NCBI RefSeq assembly: GCF_000372725.1
Contig: NW_005201192.1
Coordinates: forward strand, 496,001 to 560,000
From: Emiliania huxleyi CCMP1516
Lineage: Eukaryota
Reading direction: 5' to 3'
DNA length: 64,000 nt
The position numbers were made by a program, and so were the translations under genes. The notes beneath the pieces are model-generated. The model did not search any database. It saw only the letters and a program-made list of their open reading frames with translations, and was not told the DNA's origin. The first letter of the stretch is position 1. Every line of letters starts with the position of its first letter. Positions 50,270 to 61,850 of this stretch are shown piece after piece.

Positions 50270-51938
50270 TCATGCGCTGGATGCGGCCGGCTGCTGGACC
50301 CGGACGACGGCCCCGGCTGCAGGTGTGAGTGCAGCGGCCTCGGCGGACGCAAGCGCGGGCGGCGCGAGGCCAGGCGCGAGGTGGAGAGGCGCCAGCGGGG
50401 CATGGGGGCGGAGAGGCGGCTGCTGGGGGGCCGGCAGCTGCGGCAAGTTGAGCGGCGGCCCAAGGGGGAGGTACTGCGGTTGCAGCTCTGGCCTAGGCAC
50501 CAGCCGCACGGGCTGCTGGTAGTAGTGCCACGACGGGTTGTAGTGCTGCTGCTGCTGCTGGGCGGCGGCGGCGGCGGCGTCTGTGTTGCGAACGGCCCGC
50601 GGCGGGGCAGAGGAGTTTGCGAGGGCGGCGGCGTGCTGCGGCTGGTACTGCTGCTGCTGGGCCCAGAGGTTGTACGGAGGCAGGTGCTGCGTACTCAGGT
50701 GCTGCACGTGCCACTGATCCACCGCCAGAGCAGCCGCACTCACGCACCCGTGAGGGCCCGCCCCGGGCAAGGCGGCGGCGCGTGCCATCGGCTGAGCCAG
50801 GTTGGGGCGAGGGGCGAGGGGAGGGGCGAGGTGAAGGCCGGGCGGAGGTTGCTGGGAGGGCGGAGGCGGCGCGGGCCGGGCGCCCATTGGCCCTCCGCTG
50901 GCCCCCGCGCCTCCTGCAGCGACTGCGCCGACGGCCGCGACGGAGGGCGACTGCCGCGACGGAGGGCGAAAGTCTCCCCCAGCCTGGTGCGCCCTGGCCA
51001 CCGAGTTGCTATCGGTGGCCTGCCGCTTGGCGCTGCGGAGACCGCACGCGTTGCACAGCGTCATGCCGCACCTGCGCGGCGCGGAGACGGGCCGAAGGAT
51101 GTGAGGCGAGGAGGGTGTACTCAGGGCAGCGGGTGGGGTGGTGGAGGGGCGGCGTGCGACGGGGGCGTGCGAGGGACCTCCACTTCGGAGTCGTCGTCGT
51201 GCCGCACCGCTTGCACGCTCGCCCCGCGTGCTGGTCCGGCAGCGCCAAGGGCGAGGGCGACGCCGCCGGGGTGCTCGCCAGGAGGGCGGTCGGCAAGCCG
51301 ACACCAGCGGCAGCGGCACCGGCCCTGGCCTGTGCCCACGGCTGGGCAAAGATGATGTTAGCGTAGATGGCGGCGGTGGCCGCGGCGTTCAGCGTGTGCA
51401 AGGCAGCGCCGCGCGGATCGCCGCTAACGGGGTCGGTGGCAAAAACCGCCAGCGGGCCGGTGCCGCCACGAGGCCATGTGGGTGCGGCGGTGGCGGCTTG
51501 CCCGGTGGGAGGCGCCGAGTGAGGGCGAAGGCGGGAACGTTGGCCGGCCGAGGAGGCGGCCGGCGCCATGGAAAGAGGCTGCGGTGCTGACAACGGGACG
51601 GCGCAGGCGACGGCGAGATTGGCCGGCGCCCGCCGGTCGACAGCCCACTCTTCCTGGTGGCGAGAAAATCGGATCCCGGCGAGAATTTCGTAGTGCTGCT
51701 GCACGGCGTTGGCCGAGCGGCCTGTGCCCAGCGCCGCCGCAATCCCGCTCCAATCGCTGGCACGAGGATTCCTCACCAGGACTAGGCCGGCAAGCGCTAG
51801 CTCCTCCTCCTCGCTCCACCGCGGCTGTCTCGAAGGCGGGTTGCGCTCCCTCGTGCGCCCAGGGTTGTCTGGTGGTTCCAGCTGCGACATTAGATCTACA
51901 TTATCGGGACCAACCCTGCGACGCCGTTTCCAGGACAT
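50270..51938 (-). CDS. Transcription factor with Myb/SANT-like domain and GATA-type zinc finger (intron 51072-51177)
   Basis: RWSEEEE..L...DWSGIAAALGTGRSANAVQQHY (Myb); spliced CKRCGTTTTPKWRCGMTLCNACGLR (GATA); Gln/Pro-rich tail. Confidence 0.78.
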
Positions 51939-52492
51939 CCTTTGGTTTGCGTTCCTTAGCGAGATTGGTGTAACGCCGTCCACGCGGGCGTGTTTTCTGA
52001 CGGCCGACCGTCAGTGCACGGAGTTGCCCCTTCTCCGACTGCCCCGGCTAGTTCGAGGGTTTCGCGGGAGTGATCCCATGCGTCAAACCCGAGACCTAGC
52101 GGTAGCGCGGGTGGGTTGGAGGGGGCTCGCTGCGAGGAAGGGCGGTGTAAGAAGCCGATTCCCGTACTCCACCCCACTCCTCCCCATCGGGCCGCATGAG
52201 CGGCCGCGCCTCGCAGATTCGTTTCTCGCGCCTGGATCAGCCTGGTTTTTGGCCCTACCGGCCTACCGGCTACCGCGATAGGAGCACGCAGATACGTTTC
52301 CGCGACCACTACATGGACGATAGAGTACACCGCGCTCCGGCGCTAGATCTACATACATCGCGCAACCCCTGCCTGGACGAGTGCAGCTGAAGGGCCAGTG
52401 GAGGGCCCAACTTGCTTTTGGGGTGAGGTTGCAGGTTGAATGAAGAGGGTTTTGGTTGGGTTGTGTTCTCTTGGGTGAGGTTGGGAGGGCGA

Positions 52493-53063
<571 letters not shown>

Positions 53064-53790
53064 TAGATCCCCACATACCCCACACATCCCCAGAGTGCAG
53101 AGAGGTATGTATGTACCTGTAGAAAGATTTAGGTTTGGGGAGGGCGCGAGTGGGAGACTTTTCGGCGGTCGAAAATGCGGCGGAATGGGATGTGCCCTTA
53201 GGGAAGACCTTTGGGACGACCTGTCGCCCGAAAAAAGCAGCGATCGATGCCGGCGCCAGACGCGGCGCCGCGAGGCACACGGGCGCCGGCGTGGCGCAGC
53301 GGCGAGGCACACGGCGCGCCGGCACGCTTTATATAAAGTAATATATCTTTACTTCCAAAACCCGGACGTTCCCAGGGTTATATGGAAGGTTCGACACACC
53401 CCACCCCGGACTGGGCGGAGACTCCCCCCGGACTGGGCGGAGACGGGAGAGGTCCCAGGAAAACGCTGCTGGGCAGCGAAAGCCCCGCCCCCACTTGCAC
53501 TGACTGCACAGGATAGCGTGTACCCCGTGCGACAAACGGCGACACATGGCGGGGGACACTGCGCCGGGGGGTATGCCTAACTGTGGTGCTTCGCGTGTGC
53601 TCAGTGCTGTGGCGTGTTGGGGGTCGCCGCACCGCGCACGCCGCTCGCCGGCAGCGCCAGCCGCAGCGGCACGCTTTATAATTATTATTAGAAACAGTGG
53701 GTTTGCGGGGTGGGTGTGTGGTACAGGGATATTGAGGTAAGAGGGATCATTCGAGAACCGGAGATACCCTCTATTCACTCCCCTCTCCCC

Positions 53791-53887
53791 AACGCGTCTC
53801 TGTTCGACGGCTCTTCTCAGCGGTGCGGGGTTCGCCGGTGCAGCGATTTTGAGCCCGCCCGCGTCATCTCGGGCCGTCGAGCGCGTT
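53791..53887 (-). promoter_or_regulatory. SECIS element (type II) in the 3' UTR of SelO
   Basis: Minus strand: TCGACGGC..ATGAC-GCGGGCGGGCT-CAAAA-TCGCTG CAC CGGCGA-ACCCCGCACCGC-TGAG..GCCGTCGA, i.e. helix I, AUGA/GA quartet, ~11-bp helix II, unpaired AAA and apical mini-stem. Confidence 0.9.
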
Positions 53888-53950
53888 GCGGAGAGAGGTG
53901 AGGGGTGCGCGTCGTCGGCGCGGGGCGGGCCGATTGGCCGCTTCCCGCGC

Positions 53951-56268
53951 CTACGAGGATCAGCTCATGAAGGCGAGCCCGGGCCTGCCGCGCGCCCAGT
54001 CGGGCGTCGGCTGCGCGTAGCGCGGGTCGGCGGAGGGCTGCTCCTCGTACGGGCTGCGCAGCAGCGCGTGCAGCGCGTGGACCGCGGAGCTGTCGCCGCG
54101 CTCGGCCGCCTCGTACGCCTCGGCCAGCATCCAGTTGCGCAGAATGTACTTTGGGTTCGCCGCCGCCATCTCGCGCCGCCGCTCCCCGTCCGGCCGCGCC
54201 TCGGCGCCCACCCTACCCCAGTACCGCGCCGCCCACTCGCGCCACGCCTCGAGGTGCTCCTGCGGCCACTCGGCAGCGCCGCCGATCGCCGCCGCCCGCG
54301 CCGCCGCGAGCCCGTCGCCGCCGTCCGGGAGGTCGTTCGTGAGGTCGCCGAGCGAGCGGAAGAAGACGGTGAAGTCGATGCCCTGCGGCCCGGAGCGGGT
54401 CGCCATCAGCCCGAAGAGCGACGTCCACAGCTCGGCGGCGTCGTCGTCCCAGGAGACGAGGCCGAGCTTGCGCCTAGTGGAGCAGGGCGGAGTGGGATGG
54501 AAGGTGCTGCTGGCTCGTGCCGGGCGGCGAGGCCGAGCTCTCGCGCCGGTTGTGCTCGTCGTGCGTCGCGTGGAAGACGTCGACGAAGACGCTGGAGACG
54601 CCTGCGGCGAGAGGGGCGGAGGGGAGGGGTGAGGGGCAGGGGGCAGTGGGAGGAGGGTGGGTGGCGAGAGGGGCTCGTGGGTGGCGAGATGGGGCGGCGA
54701 GCGAAGGCGAGCGAGGGCGAACGGTGCGAGACGGTGCGCCGCTACTCTTCTCGGCTAATCTCGCGCCCTCGCGCGTCTGCTGCACGGCCTCGTCCGCCTC
54801 AGCGCGCGTGAGCCCCTCCTCCGTGGCGACGGCGCGCAGGAGGTCTGCCCACGCCTCGGAGAGGATGGAGAGGTTGATGGCCGCCGCCTGCGGGCAAGGC
54901 CGTGGACGCGTCACGGGCGAGTCCTCGAACGGCGGCGCGTGTCTGCCGAGGTGCGCCTGAGGCTGCCGCCCGAAGGAGTACTCCGCCCCTCCGCCCACCC
55001 AAGGGCAGTGCATCGGGTCGAACCGCTCGAGGAAGCCGAAGGGGCCGTAGTCGAGCGTCACGCCGCAGAGGGCCGAGTTGTCCGAGTTCATGTTGCCTGC
55101 GTCATGACATAACACGTGACACAATCTAACGACAGTGAGGGCCGAGTTGCCCTCCGAGGTCATGTCACCCTGACAGTAGCCGACGCGCAGCCACTCTGCC
55201 ACGAGGCGCGCCTGCCGCTCGCACACCTCGCGAAACAGGAGGACGAGCAGCCGCGACAGCGGCGCCTCCGGCTCCTGCAGCCACACGGAGGGCGGGGGGG
55301 CGGCCTCACCCACCTCGGCCGCACCTCGGCCGCATCTCCGCCCCTCCTGCTGCAAGGGCCTGCTGCTACTACTACCGCTCGCGCTGCTACTCCTCCCCCC
55401 TCCTGCAGCCGCAGGTGTGCAAAGTCGCGGCCGAGAGCGTGCACCGCGAGGGCGCGGAGGAGGGCGGGCTCGTCCCGCTGGTAAAAGAGCTCAAACTGGC
55501 CGAAGCGGAGGAAGGAGGGCGCCACCCTCGCACCCACCGCCCCCGGCTCGAGCCCCACCCGCTCCCTGCCTTGCGAGTCGTACCACGCCCGCTGGACCGT
55601 GTCGCCGCTCGCCACGACCGCGAGGGCGCGCGTCGTCGGGACGCCGAGGTGGTGCATCGCCTGGCACAGCGCGCGGCGGTGAGGAGGCGCCTCGCGGCTC
55701 TGGCAACGGAGGAGGCCTGGCGCGCCTCGCTCGCGAGAAACTCTCGCACCGAGGAGCGGAGCACGGCCCGCCCGTCGAAGCGGCGGCTGAAGGGCGTGGT
55801 GCCCGCACCCTTGAGCTGCACCTCGAGCCCGTTGACCTGGCCGACGGAGATGGCACGCCCGTCGCCCCGCTGCCCGCCGTACCGCCCCGCGAAGCTGGCG
55901 CCGTACGAGGTTGCCCAACACGGGACCGCTTCCGGGACCTTGCCCGCGAAAAACTGCAGAAACTCGTCGCTCTCGCAGGTCTCGGCCGAGAGGCCGAGCG
56001 AGGAGGCGACTTCGGAAGAGTAGGCGACGAGGCGTGGCGCCGGCGCCGGCACCGAAGGACGGACACTCACGTAGTGGGCGCCTCGGACCTCTCTGCTCAG
56101 CTGCGGAGGCTTGCCAGACTCGTCCGGCACGAGCTCGCGGAGCAGCGAATTGTCGACGGCCGATGGCCAGTCGCCGATCGCTACGGCGGATATGGTGGCC
56201 AGCGTGCGGCGCAGCCCGTGAGCTGTCACGGAGCTGGCGCTCCGCGCCGCGGAAGGGGGCGGTATCAT
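53951..56268 (-). CDS. selO: Selenoprotein O (YdiU/SelO protein adenylyltransferase) with C-terminal Sec (…FMSUSS)
   Basis: [75 protein letters not shown]; ends ATG AGC TGA TCC TCG TAG. Start codon uncertain. Confidence 0.93.
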
Positions 56269-56516
56269 GGAGGTAGCCGCCGAACACGGTAGCGCCGAAC
56301 ACACGCTGTCGGAGATATGCGCCTGCGGTGTGAGCTAGGCGACGCTGAACCTGGTCAGATCCCCTCACTGTCGTCGGCGCGGCACGCTCTTGTTTCTTAT
56401 CAGCCCACTCTTTCCTTTGCACCTGATGCTACAGAGGGCTGACAGCGCGATCACCCCCAACTGTGTGAAGTGTCGCGCTCTCATTCATGACCGGTCTCAA
56501 TGCCCCACCCCCCGCC

Positions 56517-56790
56517 TGCGCGCGGGCCTTCTAGGCCCGCGGGTAGTCTCCCCCCATCCCCAGGGCCTCCAGGGCTCGCACCTCAACCTCTCACAGACCA
56601 GCGCACAGCGCCATAGGACGTATTTTCTTCTCATAACAAGGCTGTGAATGCGCGCGGGCCTTCTAGGCCCGCGGGTAGTCTCCCCCCATTCCCAGGGCCT
56701 CCAGGGCTCGCACCTCAACCTCTCACAGACCAGCGCACAGCGGTCAGCGCCATAGGAGGTATTTTCTTCTCTCAATAACAAGGCTGTGAA
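56517..56790. repeat. Tandem duplication of a ~135-bp unit, related to the repeat at 23590-23715
   Basis: TGCGCGCGGGCCTTCTAGG...ATAACAAGGCTGTGAA twice; the reverse complement matches TTCACAGCCTTGTTATTGAGAG...AAAATACCTC.TATGGCGCTG near 23590-23715. Confidence 0.85.
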
Positions 56791-57013
56791 CCCATACAAG
56801 GGACAAAAACAAGGGACCCAGAACATATGCGAGTTTGAGCCCCGGAGGCGCAGGGATGGGGGTCGACCTCCCTACAGACGCTGAATGGGTGCGTTCACAC
56901 TGACTCTCCCTGGGGCTCAGACACCACAGACGACTGTGAGGACGAGAAAGAACAGGAGTGAGGAGAAAATCGTTTCTGGCATCGCCCACATCGGTCTTGT
57001 GTATCACACGTTT

Positions 57014-58054
57014 TCACACCTCCCACCCCGCTCTTCGATACCGCCGCAGCTGCGACTCCACCCCTTCCAGCCCACCAGTGTGGAGGTACAGGGTGGTCGC
57101 GTCGCCCTCGCCCGCGCGCTCGTGCGAGAGGAGCGTGTCGAAGAGCACTCGCAGGGCGTGCGGCGCGTACAGCAGGTCGACGTCGAGGCCGGCGCGGGCC
57201 GCCTCCTGCCACATCGCCAGCTCCTCCCCGTCGAGGGCGCCGAAGTGGTGCGCCGCGCCGCCCGGCATCGCGAGCGTGCGGGGCAGTGCCTTTCTGTTAG
57301 TTCCTACGGCGCCGCCCGTGCAGCGGTCGAGCGCGAGCATCTGCGCCTCGATGTAGTCTCCGTCGCCGACGCACGGCACCGCCCACACGGTGACGGCGCT
57401 GGTCTGCGAGAGGTGGCGCGCGAGGAAGAGGGCCGTCGTGCCGGTGCCCGCCGGGACGACGAGGTCGAGCCGCCCGCTCCTCGGCTGCCACCACTCGCGC
57501 ACCTCGCGCGCCAGGGTCGCGACGCCGGGCTCGGCCAGCGCCGCAGCGCCGCCTTGCGGCAGCCAGAGCGCCTCCGGGGGGAGGAGGGCGGCCGGCGGCC
57601 GAGGCGCGACCGCAGGCAGCACTCCGCCGCCCGCGCCAAAGAGAGACGCGTACTCCGCGTCTGCCAGCTCGACCAGCTCCATCCCGAGGGAGAGCGCCCG
57701 CTCGAGGTTGCCGCTCGGGGCGGCAGCCAGCCACCGAGGGAGCGGCTTGGTAAAGTAGAGGAAGCGGGCACCGTGCGCGTCCGCCACCGCCGCAAGCGCC
57801 GCCATCGCGTTCGACTGGTGCCCACCGAACGAGCCAATCAGGCTCGGGCCGGGCGACATGGCCTCGAGTGCAAGCAGCTTCCGAGCCTTGTTGCCCGACA
57901 CCCCCGAGCCCAGCGCAAGCCTGTCGTCGCGCTTGACCAGCAGCTGGGTGCCGCGCAGCGAGAATGCTTCGATGGGAGAGGCCGCGAGCTGATGCGCCGT
58001 CCCGTGGCAGACTCCGACCGCCAGCATGGCTTGGCAGCGAGCGCGGGCCGGCAT
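57014..58054 (-). CDS. PLP-dependent ACC deaminase / D-cysteine desulfhydrase family protein (intronless)
   Basis: VKRDD..VSGNKARKL (PLP Lys), SFGGHQSNA, GTGTT, DLLY, LHTGGL motifs. Confidence 0.88.
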   Translation of the reverse strand: MPARARCQAMLAVGVCHGTAHQLAASPIEAFSLRGTQLLVKRDDRLALGSGVSGNKARKLLALEAMSPGPSLIGSFGGHQSNAMAALAAVADAHGARFLYFTKPLPRWLAAAPSGNLERALSLGMELVELADAEYASLFGAGGGVLPAVAPRPPAALLPPEALWLPQGGAAALAEPGVATLAREVREWWQPRSGRLDLVVPAGTGTTALFLARHLSQTSAVTVWAVPCVGDGDYIEAQMLALDRCTGGAVGTNRKALPRTLAMPGGAAHHFGALDGEELAMWQEAARAGLDVDLLYAPHALRVLFDTLLSHERAGEGDATTLYLHTGGLEGVESQLRRYRRAGWEV

Positions 58055-58151
58055 CAGCGAGAATGCTTGATGGGAGAGGCCAGATGCGCACAGGGCCGTG
58101 TGTGTATTCTCTTCTCAAAAATAACGCACGGGCCCTCAGCGGAGCTGGGAA

Positions 58152-58343
58152 GAGGACCGCCGCAAGCGGCGTGGCGTGGAGCGGTTGTGCATCCCTCCGG
58201 GGGCCCCTCTGCGCCGGGGAGGCGTTGTTGGAGGCTAGGACGCAAGCGTCCGTCGCCCTTTTCAAACTCGGGGCCCACTCCGCTACGCTCCGACCCGAAT
58301 TTGGAGGGCCTGAAAGTTTAAGGTGTTGCTGCGCAAAAGGGGT
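58152..58343. repeat. Dispersed repeat, copy 2 of 3
   Basis: Matches 25878-26040 and inverted 62372-62530. Confidence 0.85.
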
Positions 58344-59269
58344 CGGACACAGGGCGCAGCTCATGCTAAGAGCTAGAAGAGGAGATAGAGAGAACAACCA
58401 CCCTAGAAGCAGCAGCACCCATGCTTCGAGACGGCCTCGAGCGACATTGGCAAGCTCCCAATCACAGAAGCAGACATGCCTCTGCGATGGTACGGCCTCG
58501 AGGGCAAATTCACGACCCAGTTCTATCTGGGTGGGGCGAGACCAGGACAGAAGGCCAACTCCGCGCTCTCCACCGCCATGGACCGCTCTTCCATCCACCA
58601 CAGCTTTGATCAGGGCTGGTCTGGCAAGGCTGGGCTCCGGGATCACAACATCGGGAGCCTCAAGACTGCGCGCACGATGCTCCGGAGAGAGTAGGTGTAC
58701 CATACCCCTTTGCTAGCGCATATGCTACAGCTGCCCCGGGCGGCGCCGCGGCAGGCTGCCACACCTGGGGGCTTGGGCGCTGCTTGCGGAAGCCGCTCTC
58801 TCGAGATACTCGTTTATGCACAATATCTCTCTGTCTGCCCCGCTCTAGTCTCCCGCGCTCTCGCCACTCGGGGCTCTAGCCTCTGCCGCGCGTCGTTGGC
58901 CTCGATGTGGCGGACGGGCCGCGGGCGCCGCAACGCGGAATAATTAGTAAAAAGTTCGGTAACACCACCACCAAAATTAGTGCTCCACAAGGTCAAGAAC
59001 TCTCCCACGCCTGTGGTGGATGGAAGTATCAAGAGCCACGAAACTCCGCCGCCACTCCCAAAACGAAGTGTGCGCCGTGACACCAATGGTGTCGCACACA
59101 CACGCTCTCCGACTCCGTCTCGTGCGTCGGTGTGGCACACCGACTAACACACACACATTGGAACAACACGCATGAGCCGCGGGCTGCGCGGGCTGCGCGG
59201 CGATGTCCAGACGCCGGCGCACAGTCCAAAGCGTAGTGTCAGTCTCGCTGCGAAAGGCGGCCGCGCCCA

Positions 59270-60313
59270 TCATTGCGCGCCCTCTCCCAGCGCGCGCCCG
59301 AGGAAGGCGCTCGCGCGGTCGACGACTCTGGCCACCGTCGAGGGCGAGTAGATGCGGCCGGTGATGACGTGCGGCTCCTCCGAGTCGAGCACGTCGACAA
59401 ACTCGGCGGCGGCGGCGGCGAGCTGGCAGCGCATCGCCGCGTACGACACCACCGGGTCGGCCGGGTTCGCGAAGACTAGCGTGGGCAGGCGCGCGCGGCC
59501 GATGGCGGCGACGTCTGCGAGCTGCACGCTCGTGTAGACGGCGCAGAGGTTGACGACCGACTCGGAGGGGTAGGCCATCGTGCAGACGCGGGCCTGCTCC
59601 TCGGACACGAACGGCACGTGGTGCGTCCTCCCCGCCACGCAGTGCACCAGCCTCGTGGCCGCCGGCAGCGGCAGCAGCAGCGCGGGCCACTTGAAGAGAG
59701 CGTACGCCCGGCCGGCGAGCGAGAGGGCGAAGCCGGGAGAGACGAGCACGAGCGCGGCGAGGGCCGGCCTCGCCCACGCCTGGCAGGCGAGCCACACCGC
59801 GAGCGTCCCTCCCGTCGAGCAGCCGACCAGGACGACCCTCCTGCCCGCCAGCCGGCCGAGCGCGAGAGAGACGGCGGCGTCGCGGAGGAGCTCGCCGCAT
59901 TTGGCTTGCTCGCACAGGCCGCGCCCCGCCCGCTCCGGCGGCGCGAGCCCGTGCCCGCTCAGCCGCACGCGCACCAGGTTGGCGCCCAGCTGCGTGGCAA
60001 TCTCCGCGTCGGCGGGGTCAATCTCCTCTGGCGACGCGGACCAGCCGTGGAGAAAGACGACGGCGACGTCGGTCGCCGCGCCGCGCCTGCCCGCCCACCG
60101 CACGCACGAGCTCACGCCTGGCTGCAGTGGCCCCGCCCGCTCGTCCCGCTCCGAGAGGTACGCCTCGATGCCATCCACGCCGATGCCAGGAGGGAGCGGG
60201 TCGCTCAGGTGGTCCGCAGGGGCGCTCAGAAGCGACACGACCTCGTAGTAGCGTGTGAGGACCGCGGCGAGGAGCAGCGTGAGCGCCGCTAGAAGAAAGG
60301 GCCAAGCCAGCAT
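59270..60313 (-). CDS. Alpha/beta hydrolase (esterase/lipase-like) with N-terminal membrane anchor, intronless
   Basis: FLHGWSAS, LSGHG, GCSTGG nucleophile elbow, D-P-V-V, C-terminal His (EPHV). Confidence 0.85.
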   Translation of the reverse strand: MLAWPFLLAALTLLLAAVLTRYYEVVSLLSAPADHLSDPLPPGIGVDGIEAYLSERDERAGPLQPGVSSCVRWAGRRGAATDVAVVFLHGWSASPEEIDPADAEIATQLGANLVRVRLSGHGLAPPERAGRGLCEQAKCGELLRDAAVSLALGRLAGRRVVLVGCSTGGTLAVWLACQAWARPALAALVLVSPGFALSLAGRAYALFKWPALLLPLPAATRLVHCVAGRTHHVPFVSEEQARVCTMAYPSESVVNLCAVYTSVQLADVAAIGRARLPTLVFANPADPVVSYAAMRCQLAAAAAEFVDVLDSEEPHVITGRIYSPSTVARVVDRASAFLGRALGEGAQ

Positions 60314-60494
60314 CTGGTCTCACAGTGTGCCGGCAGTCGCCGAGCAGTGTCGCTCACACAGTCGCTCACACAAGCCGCAGCGCCGAGTAAACGGAAAGAA
60401 TTTAAACAAAACAACTCTCTCTCACAGCACACAGGCTCGACACAGGTGCGAACGGAAAGAATTCTTAAGCCCCGCCTCTCTCACAGCACACTGG

Positions 60495-61850
60495 TGAGTG
60501 CGAGATAGGGCTAGCCGCAGGCAGCTAGCCCGTGAGGAGAGCGTCCATAGACACCTCACTTAGACCCCACACACGGTCTCGTCCGTGCCTCGCCGGCCGG
60601 AGAGATTGCTGGAGGTAGAGCAAGCCTGCTCTAGCCTCGCATGTCACTTCCTGTCGTCTGTTGTGTCGTTGTGCCCTTGTTTGTTTCTCTTGGCACCGTG
60701 GAGTGCTGGGGGGGGCGACAGGGAGGATATGGCCTTGAGTTATGTGTAAGCCGACTCAGGGTGTGTGGCAGCCCGCTGGCTGTGTGTCTTGTGAGCTTGT
60801 TTGTGTCTGTGTGTCGCTCGTGCGTGTCGTCATCATCTGTCTAGCGTCCACCCATACCGCGTTGGTGTCCAGTCCGAGCCTGGCTGTTCTTCACCTTTCT
60901 ACCTACCTACCTACTGGTCTGAACGGACTCGTGAGGGGCGCCTGCCAACCTCGCTTCGCGGCTCCCGCGGAGGCACGGCTGGCACCCGTGGCGCGGGGCT
61001 CGTCTTCGGAAAGACCAGGATCGCTCTACTGGCAAACTTCTGGCTGACACGCGCGCCGCGTCGAGCCTTCGGCGGGCGCGCTGCGGTCGCACGCCTACCC
61101 AAGTCATATGCCACGGCGTGCGATCTAGATTCAGCACACGCACCTCTGCTCGCTGATGCTCATCCAATGAATTGTCCGTCACCCAGATGAGTGCGAGTTA
61201 GGGCTAGCCGCTGGCGGGTAGCCCGAGAGGAGAGCGTCCATAGACGCCTCACAAGACCCCACACACCGGTCTCGTCCGTGCCTTGCGGCCGGCGACGAAA
61301 TTGCTAGAGGCGGAGCAAGCCTGCTCTAGTCTCACACGTTCGCCCCTGTCGCCTGTCTGTGTTGTTGTGCTGTTGTTTGTCTCTTGGCACCTTGGGTGCT
61401 GGGGGGGGCGACAGGGGGGACGTGGCCTGAGTGATGTGTACGCCCACTCAGGATGTGTGGCAGCCCGCTGGCTGTGTGTCTTGTGAGCTTGTTTGTGTCT
61501 GTGTGTCGCTCGTGCGTGTCGTCATCATCTGTCCAGCGTCCACCCATACCGCGTCGGTGTCCAGTCCGAGCCTGACTGTTCTTCACCTTCCTACATACAT
61601 ACAGCACACTGGCACGACAAAGGCGCGGACTGGCGCGGACTGGAACAAACTGCCAAAAGTGCTTCTGTTGCTTGTTGTTGTCTGACTGTGTGTGTGTGTA
61701 TGTTGGTCTCACCCGGTGGGTGGCACCGAGGCGTCTGGGACGCTCCACTCTACCTTAGCTCCTGAGGGGCGCGTGGTTTTAACCACGTAGTATGACTACA
61801 GCCCACAACAGACACCCTACCTGCTCCTCACGTGTGCACACTCCCTCACC
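60495..61850. mobile_element. Two diverged ~410-bp direct repeats (60495-60910, 61188-61601), LTR-like or non-autonomous element
   Basis: Both begin TGAGTGCGAG and align along their length; no coding region between; the second continues to ...CTCCCTCA near 61848. Confidence 0.55.

Noticed and set aside
58350..58700. Short ORFs between the dispersed repeat and the hydrolase
   Set aside because: No recognisable domain; probably repeat debris.
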